Shown here piece after piece: positions 41,901 to 56,200 of a stretch of DNA of 64,000 bases (position 1 is the stretch's first letter; every line of letters starts with the position of its first letter). Source of the stretch: Balanoglossus misakiensis (lineage: Eukaryota; Animalia; Hemichordata); assembly GCA_040954595.2 (NCBI GenBank), contig CM082583.2, positions 7,314,849-7,378,848 of the forward strand, read 5' to 3'. Position numbers and translations under genes: made by a program. Under the pieces are notes generated by a model that saw nothing but the letters and a program-made list of their open reading frames with translations, ran no database searches and was not told where the DNA came from.

Positions 41901-44843
41901 TTAAATTGATATCAAAACAGTAACAAAACAAAGCAGTAAAATTTCAACATTCATTGGAAATTATTTTGGAGAATATAGACACTGCACATGATCACAAGGA
42001 ATAAAATATGGAATATATGATTCAGCATTAATTTGAGGGCGATATGCTGTGGTGCTAGGAAGTCAAACACTTGAGATTTTGTTCCAGTGACTTTTCCACT
42101 GTAGAAGTTTAACTTCTCCATGTTTCGCATGTCACTGTACACAACGCGATGACATCACGAGTGCACATCTTACACCGACGGGAATCTGGTTTTCACCAGT
42201 TGAAAAAAGAAAAAAGTATAAAAATAATCACCTTCCCCTAATCTGATTTTGGATATTAAAAACTAACAAAGGGATAATGATATTAAGGTTTACCAGTTAA
42301 TTTCATCCATTTTCACTGGTCTGTAATTACTCTTACGGGGCACAAAGGCAAACATGCTCATTTGCTGGGGTTCGGCACCTCGACAACAACAATGGTCGGG
42401 CCCGTGTAATTAAAATTACACACAGTACAAAGGTGTTCACACTCCTGCCTGTTCGGCTCTGCGTCAATGCTCGTTCCCTCGCAGGGTCGGTTATGAATAC
42501 CCCTTATGAATGGCAAAACGGTTGTGATAACATCAAAACAGATCTGCATCCCGGTGACTCTATTGATATCTTTGATTTAATTTTATCTATCTTTATCAGC
42601 ATCTTGAATAATTAATCTATTCAGCCCAGCCAGATGCAGCGAAAGTTTTTCATTATGCGCCAAGTGCATTAAATTTCTGCCGCACAATGCCCGAGCGCGG
42701 TGTCCTGCCGCCTCGGCGCATAACCAAGTTCCACTCCTTTCAATAACCGCATCCTTTCAATGGGGGAAAATATAAAGCCAGGTAAAACAGCTTATTAATA
42801 ATAAACTGCAGGATGTCGCTTGCCTAGGCAGTCGGTTGATGTATATTTAAACGGTAAATATTCTTGCGCACAGTGGGGGACGTCATCCCTTTTTCCCCCT
42901 TGCCTTCATCAACTTCTGAACGCAGCCCAGAGAAATTTGCGCGGAGTTATTATCCCCCATTCATAACAAAGGATTTTTTCTTCACCATTAAAGTTTAAAC
43001 CCCAGGAAATTGTCGAACATGATAAAAGGTGCACAGAGTCTTTCACAGAGAAAAGAACCCGGTTTGCAAACACAGCGTTCCAGTGTCTGGGGGAGTGTGG
43101 CGATATTGGAAAGCTGTGTGTGTTCCGTCCGTGCCAGGCCAGCAAAAACCGACAGAGGGCCCTGCTGGGCTGGCAAGAATCACACTCGTGTTTACAAACC
43201 TTAGAAATACACAGTTGACTAGACAGACACACACTGACAACTGCAGGTCAACCGTTTTTTTTTTTCTTCTTCGCCATCATTTTAATCCTGCCTTGCTTTG
43301 AAGTTTTTTAGTGTGAAAAGTCAGCGTGCATCCACATACCTTTTGTTCTCACAGCCGAGGGAATGATCTTCAGTTTTTCTTTCTCGCGACTCTTTTCCTG
43401 CAAGGGGGCATGAGAGAGAGAGAGAGAAAAAAAAAGGATGTTAAAGTGAATGAGGGGCTGATAGACGTGGAGTTGAAAATCTAGATGTTGCCTTCGATGG
43501 TGAGAAGAGTACATGGAGGAAGGGCTCTGGGCACTGAAATGTTTTCCAATATTGTGTTACGGGTAAGAAGCCTGCCACTGATCATGTAGCCTCCGAGTCA
43601 TGCAACTTCCTCCACAGTTTTCCAGTGTAACCTATCCCCGCGATACGGAGCGCTTCGCTTCCTGCTGAGGTCGGTGGCAGACGAGGAAATCTGGATCAAT
43701 ACCGGCGACAAAGAAGCTGGCTGGTGTTTGGAAGTGAGATCAGGTACGCGCCATTGTTGTGACAGGATAATGGCGGAAAGTTATCGTGTGCATCTGTTGT
43801 AACCTGAAGAGCCCCGGACCCGGGCGCAATCATTTGTCCGTCAATAATGCTGCCGTAAGCTGATAGCTCGGCCCAAACCATCAATATCGGCGAAGAGGCA
43901 GTTTTTCTCGATCAATACCAGAGATACAGAATACACCACGCGTGGGCAAACACACAAAAAAATCCAAGAATAGAATCCAGTTCCCTCCAGACTTCATTCA
44001 GATTTACCCTTGCGTAGCTTCAATGCTGGTATCTTGCAAGTTATCACTTACTCCATTTCACCTCAAAAACTGTTTAATTTTAACATTTCATTGCAAAACT
44101 ATGCCACCTGCCAAAAATATATCAAACTTTCAATCTTATGATTTACTCCAATTCAGATCACAAGAATTCCCATGAATTCAAACTGAACTTATACAAAAAA
44201 ATAATAATTTACAAGAAAAAATGAAACACAAATATCTGTCACCTGAAAAATTGATTTTCTTCATAACAATGAGCCTGACTTTCAAAATGAGATAAACAGA
44301 CAAGCACTCCCATTATGAAAATTGGTTTTAAGTTGTGCAACATCGACGTTATTTATGTCAATGTTCGGGGCATTTCTGTCTGACTATATGACATTTTCAT
44401 TAATCTTTTTTTTTTGCAGAAAAAAAGTAGCTGTACATCCAAAATGTCAACATACAACTTCAACTGTAAATGATACCAAGCACTCAAAGAAATGGTTCAT
44501 CGGAATAAAAAAAATTACTGAAATACAGCAAAATGTATCATCTCGGTCGCATTTCTTTTCTGATATCAAAACAGTTATCAGATATATGCAGCATGATTAA
44601 AATGAAATCCAATACGCTCAAAACCAGTTACACTGGAAACACAGGAAACGTGATGGAATATGAACTGATTTTGACTCAGCTAAGTCAGTATTGGAGATAA
44701 ATTTAATTTTTCAAACGTTTTTTTTCCCTTTATCCCTCCCACCCTTCACCCTATCAAAGTCCAACCACATCACATGATTATTATTTAGAAAATCCCTAAG
44801 TCAGACCAAAGTACCAAAGTATGGTGGGGAAATGGTTAATATA

Positions 44844-44913
<70 letters not shown>

Positions 44914-47179
44914 TGCTCTATATCTACACATACCTACCTACCTATCCACACACACAATCACAGACAATACTTTCCATGCATTTTTAATTTAAGGTACCCA
45001 CCTATAAACACAAAATATCAACAAATCTTATGACAGCTGTAAAACAATAGACGGTAGACACAGCCTAGAATTTCGAGAATTTTTAAGTTAATGAGACTGA
45101 CTTAGCTGCCAGAAATTATGATTGATAGGTACCTCGTGTTTACTCTGAACCAACAGAAAAGCCTGCCCTGGTTAATATTTCTTCTTTCTGTTGACTTGCT
45201 CAAAGTGAAATTTCAAGAGCCCCCTCTTTACGTTGTTTTAACTTCTCTGTTTCTAAACGCAGTCATATATGTTCGTGTCAGGGCCAAATGTCTCGGCGCG
45301 GATGCTGTTTACTCCGGGGTTGTCATGGAAACCCCGCTGTAATATGTGTAGGGTTTATCGCGGTGGTGGTGCAGGTTGCTCGCCGTCTTTCAAGGGCACT
45401 TAAAGAAGTGATCAACTGCCCCCTAGTTTGCTTTGAGGCTTTTACGCAAATTCTTCTGCAGCTCCAGCCCGGGCAGTCAAATACTAGTCTAGCTCAAATG
45501 AATCAATCTTTAAGAAACCACCATACAGGGGGGAAAAAAGAATGAAAAACCTGCAAACATTTGGAAACTAACTGATTAGAATTCTGCAGACCTCAGAGTG
45601 ATGAAAATCAAAATATGTATATATCAAGTCACAGTGCTTTGCCAGTGCACAATATTCAGTGAAGACAGTCGTCGGTTAAACTCTAATCACGTGGTAAGAG
45701 TCTCTGCTGCATCAAAACTGCAATCATTGCCTGTGGTCCTCCAAAACAAGGCTGCGTCATGCTCTAGTTTAATTAAAAAAATATCTCCTCCTGGAATGAA
45801 TACTGTACAGGTATCAATGGGCGCTGACATGTTTTACAGGAAATCATTCGATTTTTACTCTCACTGCCTATAAAGCAGTATATACCGACCTCTCCATATA
45901 AAATAACATTTCATAAATTCAATTATTACAACTGCCCTGATCGCGGCACACCAGTAACTAAGTGCCTTTTATCACAAAATAGCTTCCTATTAAAATGATG
46001 AAGTTTACTGCAGCATCGGTGAATGAGAACAGAAAATATTATATTATTTTTTATTATTTTCACTGTGCATGTATATATAATGTCTGAATGTTTATAAGAA
46101 GCTGTACACGGGTAGTCATATTTTGGGGGATATTCGACAATCAAGATATTTCTACTCTCAGTGCATGCACGGCAAGATATAGAGACACACATCTCACTAG
46201 GTGACAATAGCATGGTGTAACTTTACCTTCAAACTCAAATCGTGAATATGATGTGAAAAGATGCAACCTCTGCAGGCTTTCACCTGAACTGGAGAAGATC
46301 TGACCTTTCGTTTTACCCCGGCAGGAAAATTTGACATTTAAATATACCTCATGGCTGTCATTAAAACGAAGATTTTTTTCAAAACATTGCAGGTGATGTG
46401 GTTATACTTGCTTTACTTAGTTATTGGCAACTGCATCTTTTTGACATTATTTTTAGTCATGTTTATTCCTTTGGTAGGAAATTATGTTGTTATTCACACT
46501 TAAATACAGTCCATACAGTCCAACTCAAGCTCTCCAAATGGACATAACACAAAAATCATTTCGCCGTTTAATTTTTGGTCAAACAACCAGCAACTGAGCA
46601 TATATCAACACACACAACAAACAAACAAACAAAAGCTATCAAAAGAAACTAAAATAACCAAAACAATATCAAAAGCGAGTCACTTTGCCCCTTCAAAACA
46701 TAACACCCAACCAACTCAAAAAATCAGAAACATTATACAAATATAATTTCCTTCTTAAATCATATTTCATTAAAACAGAATTTCTCTCCTCATAACTGTC
46801 AGTTTGCGTGAAATATACACTGAATGTTATATTTGTCAACCAACATTCATCAATCACATTTTGTCCATTTTTGCTTCTATGTAAAGTAGGGTATGTTATA
46901 AAGTCTCTTCTCAAGGCAAGTTCTGATGTACACCAAGGAAGAGGTGAATCACGACTGGTTCCAGTAACAACCAGATGGTTTTCGATTTGATGTTGTCATG
47001 GCAACTTGAGAAATCCAGTGTCAATGACCCTGCTTACTTTTTCACTTTAATAACAAATTTTATCAATCTGAGAACCTCAAACCAGCTGCCAAACCCACCT
47101 ACATTCTACCCAAACTTAATTGCTGAATCTGTAGTATAGTATCTGGATACAATCATTTTCTTTAGTGCTACACCAGAAG

Positions 47180-47259
<80 letters not shown>

Positions 47260-50200
47260 GTAGTGATCATTCTACTGTGAAAACCTCCAACACTATACTG
47301 CACAATATATATGAGTGATGAACTTGTGTGTTTTTGAAAATATTTACACTGAGCCCCTGCTGACAATACAGAATATACTCCGGTTTGGAGAGACTGCAGA
47401 ACACACTGGCACTGCTGTTCCCAAATCTCCAAAGATGGTTTTATATGCAGCAAAGTCTACACTTGGTAATTATCGTGGAGTCCACATGTCTGCTTCAAAT
47501 GTCGCAACGCTGAAGTCAAAATAAACCATTTACGGGTTGAAATTTTCCAGTAGCTCCCAGCCCCCCACTTTTTTTATTTCTGAAGCAAATACATTTTGAC
47601 AGTTTGCAACTTTGCAGTCGGGTATGCGCTCATCAATTTTGGATAATAATTATAAATATTTGATCAGTTAAGACTAACAGCTTGCAGTGCGGAGTCGGGT
47701 TGCCCTTGGGTAACTCGCACACTCCGCTCAATCTGTGTTAAAGTCACCCGAAGAATATCAGCCGTGATTTTCACGGAGAGATCAGGCGCGCACGATTTCG
47801 CGAGAAAAGCAGTTTGAGTTCCACTTTTGAGGGTCATCATTTCCGTTTCTCGCCCGACACCTTTTTTTAAATCCTCTGCCGTGCGTCCTTCTTCAAACGG
47901 AGAACACATCTGCTTAGTAGCACTGAACGTAACTCTGCATTTTACTGTCACTTACGCACTCATTACACCCTTGTAATTCATCAAAATCAAATGACCATAC
48001 TCTGCACTTGTCAGTCTGTGTGATTTAGTGTGGATGTACTCCTCCTTAATGAGTTAAGCAGCAACTCTTTCAAGAGAGGTGTTTTTTGAGACGAGAAGCC
48101 GCAAAATACAATCCACATGAAAATTAAAAGCAAGGAGTTTTTTTTATACATTTGCGAACATGAAATGTGAGATGCACATTTTACTAGGCTTCAACCGCGA
48201 ATCTCTGCCTGGATAGTTTTTTTTTTGCTTGAATGCCAATGCACGTAGCTGTCACATCAAAGTTTGACTCATGATGCAAGAGCACTAAATGCTTACAAGC
48301 TGCAATTCTCAGCTTTTTGACAGCATTTCATCTTTTAGATCAATTTCTCAACTTTCGTCACAGCGCTCCAGATTTTGGTTACCTCTTTCTAACCAATACA
48401 ACACACTAGCAACCTCTGATTTCAATCTGCCTCCTGAAGTAAAGTTTGCATCAATATTTCCCCTTCAAAAATCCAATATTTTTTATGGCTTAAGTTTTTC
48501 TTTTAGCTTCTAATTGAAAAGAAAAAAAAAGTATCTCACCAAAACAAAACCGCACAGGCTTTTATGACCACATTAGCCTGGGGCAAGATCCATAATAATT
48601 TATGTCTGAATTTTATCTTTGTAAAACATCTCAGCCTAAAATTTTGCTTCATTACCCGAACAGCTTGAAAAATGGTGTTCTTCACACTACTTTTTAGAAT
48701 AAAGGTATGGCTAGTACAAATACTGATTGTGAAACATTTTAAAACTGCTTTTGTGGACACATATAGAGACTTATCTTGTGTGGGGTTTTTATGAAAAAAA
48801 AATTGAAAAACCTTGAGAGATGACATACCTCAATGAAAGATGCAAGAAGGGAACAACTCATCTCCTGCTCCAGAATCTTCTTGGTGGCGGCGTTGTCAAA
48901 GCAACAGGCGATCAGGGTAGGAAAGAGAACGCTCATCAGTCTGGGATCGCTGAAGTACTGGAACGGCAAACTACACAACTGCTGCAGCAGAGTTGGCGTG
49001 TTGCCTGACTGCACGATAAGCTGCAAAAATAACCACATAAAGTTATCTGAGTATTTCATGTCACATCACTGAGCGTCCCAGATACAACAGATTTGAACTC
49101 AAAATCCACCATTTAAACGTAGTCTGCTTAATGTTACCGTGCTTTGTGGAGAATAACCCTGTAAAATATGTTTCATAAACCTAACAGTCGTTTTCATCAC
49201 AGATAGTAACGATTCCCCTTCCGATAAAGTTTTGACCAAAGGAATATTAAGAGGCTCTATCGAGAAGGATTTGGAAATAGTAAATTCTCATCCTTCAAAT
49301 ATTTGCGAACTGAAGTATTATTCTCTCACACAAGTTTATGCATGTAAATGGTGCATTTCAATCAACTCCACTTCTTCTCCTGTGTAGGGCTTTCAAAACC
49401 CAGACCTTTGTACGAAAATATCTGAAACTGAAACGTTTGTGTGTGTGGACTGTATACCATGAGTTTTCTTCCTTCACCCAGATTTGTATTGCTTTTCCTT
49501 GCTGTTGAATCTTTTTCACAACCACGATGCCCGAGGAAAAATAACAAATTTCACGGCAACTTTAGTTTTTAATCACTCCTTTTTTTCATATGAGAGAATT
49601 TAATATTCAGTCCCCTAGTTGTGTTCAATCATTCATGCTCCTTTGGAACAGAAAATCCGCATGTTTCAAGCGACTGACATTTAAAAATGTGACAAAGTCG
49701 TAAAGTAAACTTTCAGTTCAACCAACAAACCACACCTGGTCTAAAATCTTCATACAAATGAAACTTCCTGCAAAAACAACATGTACTTAGTTTGTTTGAA
49801 ATCTTAAAGCATACTAAATTATACAGGGGTTGATGCATGGTTTATTTTTTAATATACTTGAAAGAAGCATGTTTCTGGTATGGCATTTAACTCTGCCGAT
49901 ATCGGTGTGTGAATGAAAATTTTGCAATTTTCTTGAAATTCGACACATCAAACAGCTGCCGCAGCACGCAACAATTTTGGAAGTATTATGGGTTGTATTG
50001 GGTCGACTGCTGATCTCGATGCGTGTAGGATATTTGCGATTGAATCCGAATCTGCAGCTCCAGTAACCATAACAACTTGATGATGTTTCACGGATACTTC
50101 ACGAAGACTAAATTGAAGATGTGACAACGAAAGAAAAACCTGATCACACTTTCAGCGCTGACGAAAACAGCCCTTTAAGTCTGAGAGTCATTTCTTGTGT

Positions 50201-53200
50201 GATGCACGCTACATTTTCTACAGGGACAATCACTTTCTATGCACTAGTATTCTGTGAGATCTGATGCCTTTCAAACATTCTGGGTGACATCAATTCATTT
50301 TGATACAATTATTTTTTCTCAGAATAATACAGATTACCAAATAACTGACATGAGAACTTGTGACCTGAGTAATTCAGTAATCGAATCAGAGCCTCTGAAA
50401 AGTTTGTGGTCATCAAATTTGGCCTCTGAAAGTTTTACATTTTGCAAGTTCATTTTCGCAGCCAGAAATATCACACATCTGTGATTGATTTCTGATTGAT
50501 GAGCATGAACTTTATATTGATTAATTGGTGTAACCCTTGACAACCAACAGATGCTACAATGCTGAATCTGTGCCCCTCTGTACATCATCCCCCTCCACAA
50601 TCAAGGTCACTGACACGTACGGTCAGCCAACTGACACAGACAAAAAAAACGCATGGTGCGTTACAAATACAAACAAAATGTGGTTTCTTTCAACGCAGGA
50701 TATTCTACAATGGAACACTGACATCTCACTTAATTTTTTTTAAAAGAGATATCAGTGAAACAGGCAACTATTCAATTATTTTGGATCAAATAAGCAATGG
50801 CATCTGTGTCTATTTGTACAGAATCACTTTGTGTCTGAGAAACGACTCTGGATGGGCAGACAGTACACTATCTATACAGAAGTTTTCTGTAGTGCACATT
50901 CTCTGTTTATCAGTACTACAAATTAACCCTTTTTTTCTCTTGCCAGGGGCACACTGTTCTGTACAGAACATGCCAATGGTAAACAAATCCTAGAGAGAGA
51001 AAACACAAATTACAGGATGCATGCAAACTTCTCGAACTGATGATGATTCTCAGTGGTGCAAAATGGCCGACTAACTACTACTGAATACGTGGAAGACCTT
51101 AACAAATGACATGATTTGTAATAAGTTAATTTCAATTTTAACATTTTTATTTCTCATTTATGGCTCACAATAAACACCATATGAATGTGTTAATGGATAA
51201 ATGATAAGCGGCCTGAAGCCAATCGTCAGAGACAGATGCACACTATCAAAATTCATCAAACGATTGCAGGATTTTTGAACAATTTTCACGAGCTAAACAT
51301 TGGTGGAGGAAGCACTGGAGGTGTTTGCATGCCTCAGAGAGGATATTTTTAGTATATGTTGTAAATTCTGGCTGAAATGTCAGCCAAAAAAAAATCTTGT
51401 TTCCAAATGTTGAAGATTAAATACGGTTAAAATATCATAAAGGGCTAAGAGTGTTATTGATGATGGGGCCGTGCAACAGATGGGACAGTGGATAGTTTTC
51501 GATAAATTAAGCCTTAATGGTCGACAAAAGAGACAGTTTAAAACCGTTCCTTGTGACAATATTCTAGCCATATTGGGATGAAGAGATTACCAGTATGGCC
51601 ACTGGGCATTCCGTATTAGCCGTCGTCGTCCAATGCTGTCATTTTCTTTTTTACCGGGAACTAAATTAAATTCTGCCAGTACTCAATATTGTACTCAGCC
51701 TGCAACATATTTCGCACAGCTCAAATACTTGCCTCAGTCGAGAAAAAAAAAAATGGGATTAGATTTTTGGGGGGTAGAAACAAACATTTTCCGAACATGT
51801 GCAATGTTGATTGCAAACACTGTAATCATTATGATTGAAAAAAAAGTCACAAAAAATGGCCACAGCAGAAAAAGCCTGGCGTTGTTTTCTTTTGTTCTGG
51901 TGGGTGTGTGAGCAACGCCACTATTTTGCACGAGCGTAACCTTTGCCAATGATTGTAATGGTCGAACAGTTTCAATGAAGGCGAACACCAGGTAGGTGGG
52001 TGTATGGAAGGGTGGGTGGGATCGGCGAGAATGTGCCAAAGATCATTCTGCGACTGCGACGGGATTAATGGAAACAAGACAACCAAAAGGGCATGCAGCA
52101 GCAACAGACAGATTGATGCAGCAACTAGTCACACTAAACAGTATAACGTATGTGTACGTACAAACCGAGATACAAACACACTCAATTTCAAGCCGGGGCA
52201 TAAATTTTACACCTAAAAAGTGCACCATATGATAGCTAGCTAGCAAGGCAAATTAAATAAGAGTTGCAACACTAAACATAGTGGTAATATTTTCTGAGGT
52301 ACAAAAGCTGAACAACTTGTGAGTTTTACGAGATCCATATTGTTGCCAGGTTACCTGGCGACCAATGCAAACAGGGTCCCCTCTTCTTCTTTTCAGCACA
52401 AGTCAAATTTGGGTGTTTAAATCTGGGGAGGGGGGGGGGATTATTCTTGCAAATAGGTGTCTGACTCAACAAATGAAGAGACGAGATGAAACGCACTCAA
52501 CCATATTGGTTTCACAGTACGGATATATTCATCCAATTCACCTGAGCGTGTCACTAGTGTCAGTAGCCATTGATTTCACAAGAAGCCGGACAATCGACAG
52601 GGGTGGTCGTTTTTCAAATTGTCAGCTCGATAAAGAGCCCCGGCCCATTGGAAGAGACGTCTGCGACAAAAGAAGTAAACACGGCCATATTGCCTGGCAA
52701 TTAACAGTGTCCATCCACTGTCGGTTGAAAAAAGAGCAGTGAAATATGGCGGGGGAAATTATCTGACGAACGTGCTGTACTTGTCATGAAAAACATATTC
52801 TTTTCTCCCCTAATTGTTTGCATGAATGCAGAAAATTCCATTAAACGATGCTGTTCAACTGAAGCCAGCGCATTCACATGCTGTTTAACCATTGATGCAC
52901 GCATATTTTCCGAACGAGCAGAGTCAATGCCCTAATGCATCAAACACAGAAGAGAAGTCAGCAAACTTTGTGAAATGTAAACAAAGCACCACTCCCTGCG
53001 AACCGTGTGGCCCAAGGATGCAGACTGAGCAGAGCTGAAACAGTGGGAAATTCAACAACAAAGAACTTTGTATCCATGGAAGAGCCATGTTCCCGAAATC
53101 TTGTTAAGCTCTCTTAGTTACAGCCCCCCTCGTTGGCAACTCCAAAGACTGATCTTAGTATGGTCTTCTCATAAATTTGATGACAAATACAACTTCCAAT

Positions 53201-56200
53201 CAACCCTCAGTACCTGAAACTGAATTTCCACATCACATAACCCTTGGACAAATCATCATCTTGTATTGTGAGATCTATGAATCCCATCCCTCTGATAATC
53301 TGTAGGAAATTTCCCTGATTAGACAAGACTACAGAAATTGCTACAAACATACTATCAGATGGACATACAATTAGACAAATAGAAAGCTACAGATCTGGAA
53401 AACATTGGTGTCCCTAATTCCAGTTTTGAAAGTTTTCCCCAAGGCGAAATGATATCAAGTTCTTGTCTCATCCCGTCAAGTATTTTATTGATTTCTAGAC
53501 AAACTGTGTCCACTAATTCTCTTCTCCTGGTTTCTGTGCAAGTTCCAATCCCGGTCAGAGATCACAATCTCTGGGTCATAATTATTCTGTGTGAAGGCCA
53601 GATTCAGAATGAACGTACACTCAATGAAGGCCTCCGCTGGAAAAAATCTCTTCTCTGATGATCAATCTGCTAATACTATAATGTCTGGTTGAAGGTCGCA
53701 TCAAAAGAGAAAACGTGCAAACTATGTCACGTTCACGGTTGAATAAAAAACTTTCAAGACAAATATGGATGAGAAACATAACTTATTATTCTTTGACGTA
53801 AAACTCAGAAAAAGTTCACTGGTTTCCACTGTCCTCTGGATGACTTATGCCTGCAAGATACACATATCACTGAACATCGCTATCAATTATGGATATCACT
53901 TTCCATTTAAAATGATATTGAATATTCTCAATACCGTTTGATAATGTAAAATACCCAGATTGTGGATATGCTTACGATTCCATAGAAATGTCAGAGTTGT
54001 TTCATTCTGAGTTTTACCGAGAACAATTTGCATAATACACCGACATCATCTGGTGTAAACTTGTTTAACATGACATGATGCCACGATATTTGCAATATTT
54101 CCACCACCTGACTTTTCTTAACCAATAATGTATGGTATTTATATTTTAGGCTTCTTAAAATCCAAAGTCCACCAATCACAGAGAACAGGTGAAACATGGA
54201 ACTTAAGGACTCATTTATCCAAATTTTTGAACCTGAGAGCTCTGGGTGTAAAATTCTAGCCTGCGGACCAAGAATATATTAAGAGAAAAAAAATCTGAAA
54301 GGTACTAAAATAATTTCAATTTTTTCTTCAATAGATTGGAAAATAGTTCTGACAAACTGACAGGAACCTGTACTCTTTTGCACAGACAACTGCTGTAAGA
54401 AAGAGAGAGATTTAGGGAGTAAATTGACCAACTATTTGGAAATCAGCTTACGGTATCCACTTACAAAAAAAATTGAGTGTTTCTATGTTGCTGGGCTGAG
54501 GCTTAATAATACGTCCACAGTAGATTCGACTCGCAATAGAAAGAAATTGAGAGATTTTTGGATTTGGTCACACTTCCTACTCAACAACTAATCCATTAAA
54601 AACTGCCTCCTCTATTCCGTTTAGGAATATTAACAGGACACCGATTAAAAATACTTACTTTCAGGCATTTTTTGAGGAGGAGTATTTAACAGGGAGGACT
54701 GATGGCAGTCGGAACAGCACTCCTCTGTCGAAGCGAAATATCCTTCACTTTTCATAACTGTGTACGTTTGAACCAAAATGAAGAATTAATGCTTCGCCTT
54801 TTCGTCAAAAACATTTTCCAGCAGAGACCCAATCTCGTGGTTTATTCATTGGATTAAGCTGCAAGTACAGCATTGTGCAATTACAAAAATTAGTGTCGGA
54901 TTTGCAGGTAAATCGCTTTGCTAATACTTCTTAATTTGTCTACGCGGATTATGGTCAATCAGAAAATTATTACGGTCACCATAATATTTGGGGATTTGCG
55001 TTACCGCGAAGGACTTAGCATTGGGTTGTATGTGATCATGACATTTATATAGACTCCCCCTCCCACCATGTGACTTTATTATGGAATCATCCTATAAAGT
55101 TGCTGAAACAAGCAGCGAACAAGACCCATGCAGTATCTCCCTGTGCAAGTTTTCATCTGTTGAAAACCTGGATATTTAGCTTTACAAGGATGCAATCAAG
55201 CATTTCCCCCAAGTGCACATTGCACAATCACATAAAACATTCAGTTCACAAAGTCATTCGCAAACATAAAATTGAAGCATTCTCTATTTAAAAAAAAAAC
55301 GACTTTTAATTTGCAAGTGTATATCCTAAGATAAAACGCACACTGAGTATTAATACGTTTGTGTGAACATACATTTAGTCTAGAGTATATCATATTACTT
55401 GACTCTGAGAATGGCTTTGAATGTCACTTCAATCCAGAATTACTGTTTACTTGAGCATTTTCAGTTGTAATATCACGTTATCAATCATTTTCAGAAGTTT
55501 ATGACATCTAAGAATATTCAGGTGTGGAGAGAACTCAGTTTATACATGATTGAGTTTCTAAGAGCATCAAACATGGTTTGACTTTTAAGGATACAAGGGC
55601 AGAATAGTTTGGCTTCATAGCATGGTTCATATTAAATATTGTTCAATTAAAATGCTTATCAGCCAGGTAATTATTAAATTTAATAGAAAAAATCACCCCT
55701 CTTTGGATGGTTTTACTGAGCAGAATTCATGTGTGGATATGAAAATTTTGCAGTTGAGTTTCTGGGAATCTGTTATCTTTCAGAAGTTTCTGGGAATCTG
55801 TGATCTTTCAAATATTCAATAGTTTCTGGGAATGTGTAAAAATACATAAGAACTCATCAATGATTCTGCCGGTTGGTTTATTTTATCCGAAGGCAATTCT
55901 TGCGAAGAATGTGTTTCACATGAGCAAAAAATCCTCCTTCAAAGATTTTGGGCATGTATTTAAATTCTGGAATGGTGGGGAAAATACAGCATCATTAAAC
56001 AATGCAAGGAGGCAATGTAACTCAAATCTGGAACAGAGAATTCATCATAAAAATACACAAACCTATCTTTACAGAGCATAATTAGGAAAATTGGCGGCAT
56101 GAGAATATAGCCATGGAATAAATATTTGGAAATGATTTTATGGAAATTTTGCAGTTGATCGAAATTGGATTCATATGCAAAGCAGTAGAAAATGAGATCT

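Noticed and set aside
26956-43339. Intron length of exactly 16384 bp (2^14)
   Set aside because: This is a numerical coincidence, with no sign of an assembly artefact.
47106-47453. ORF with an HTHTHT repeat
   Set aside because: It is a translation of the (TG)n microsatellite.
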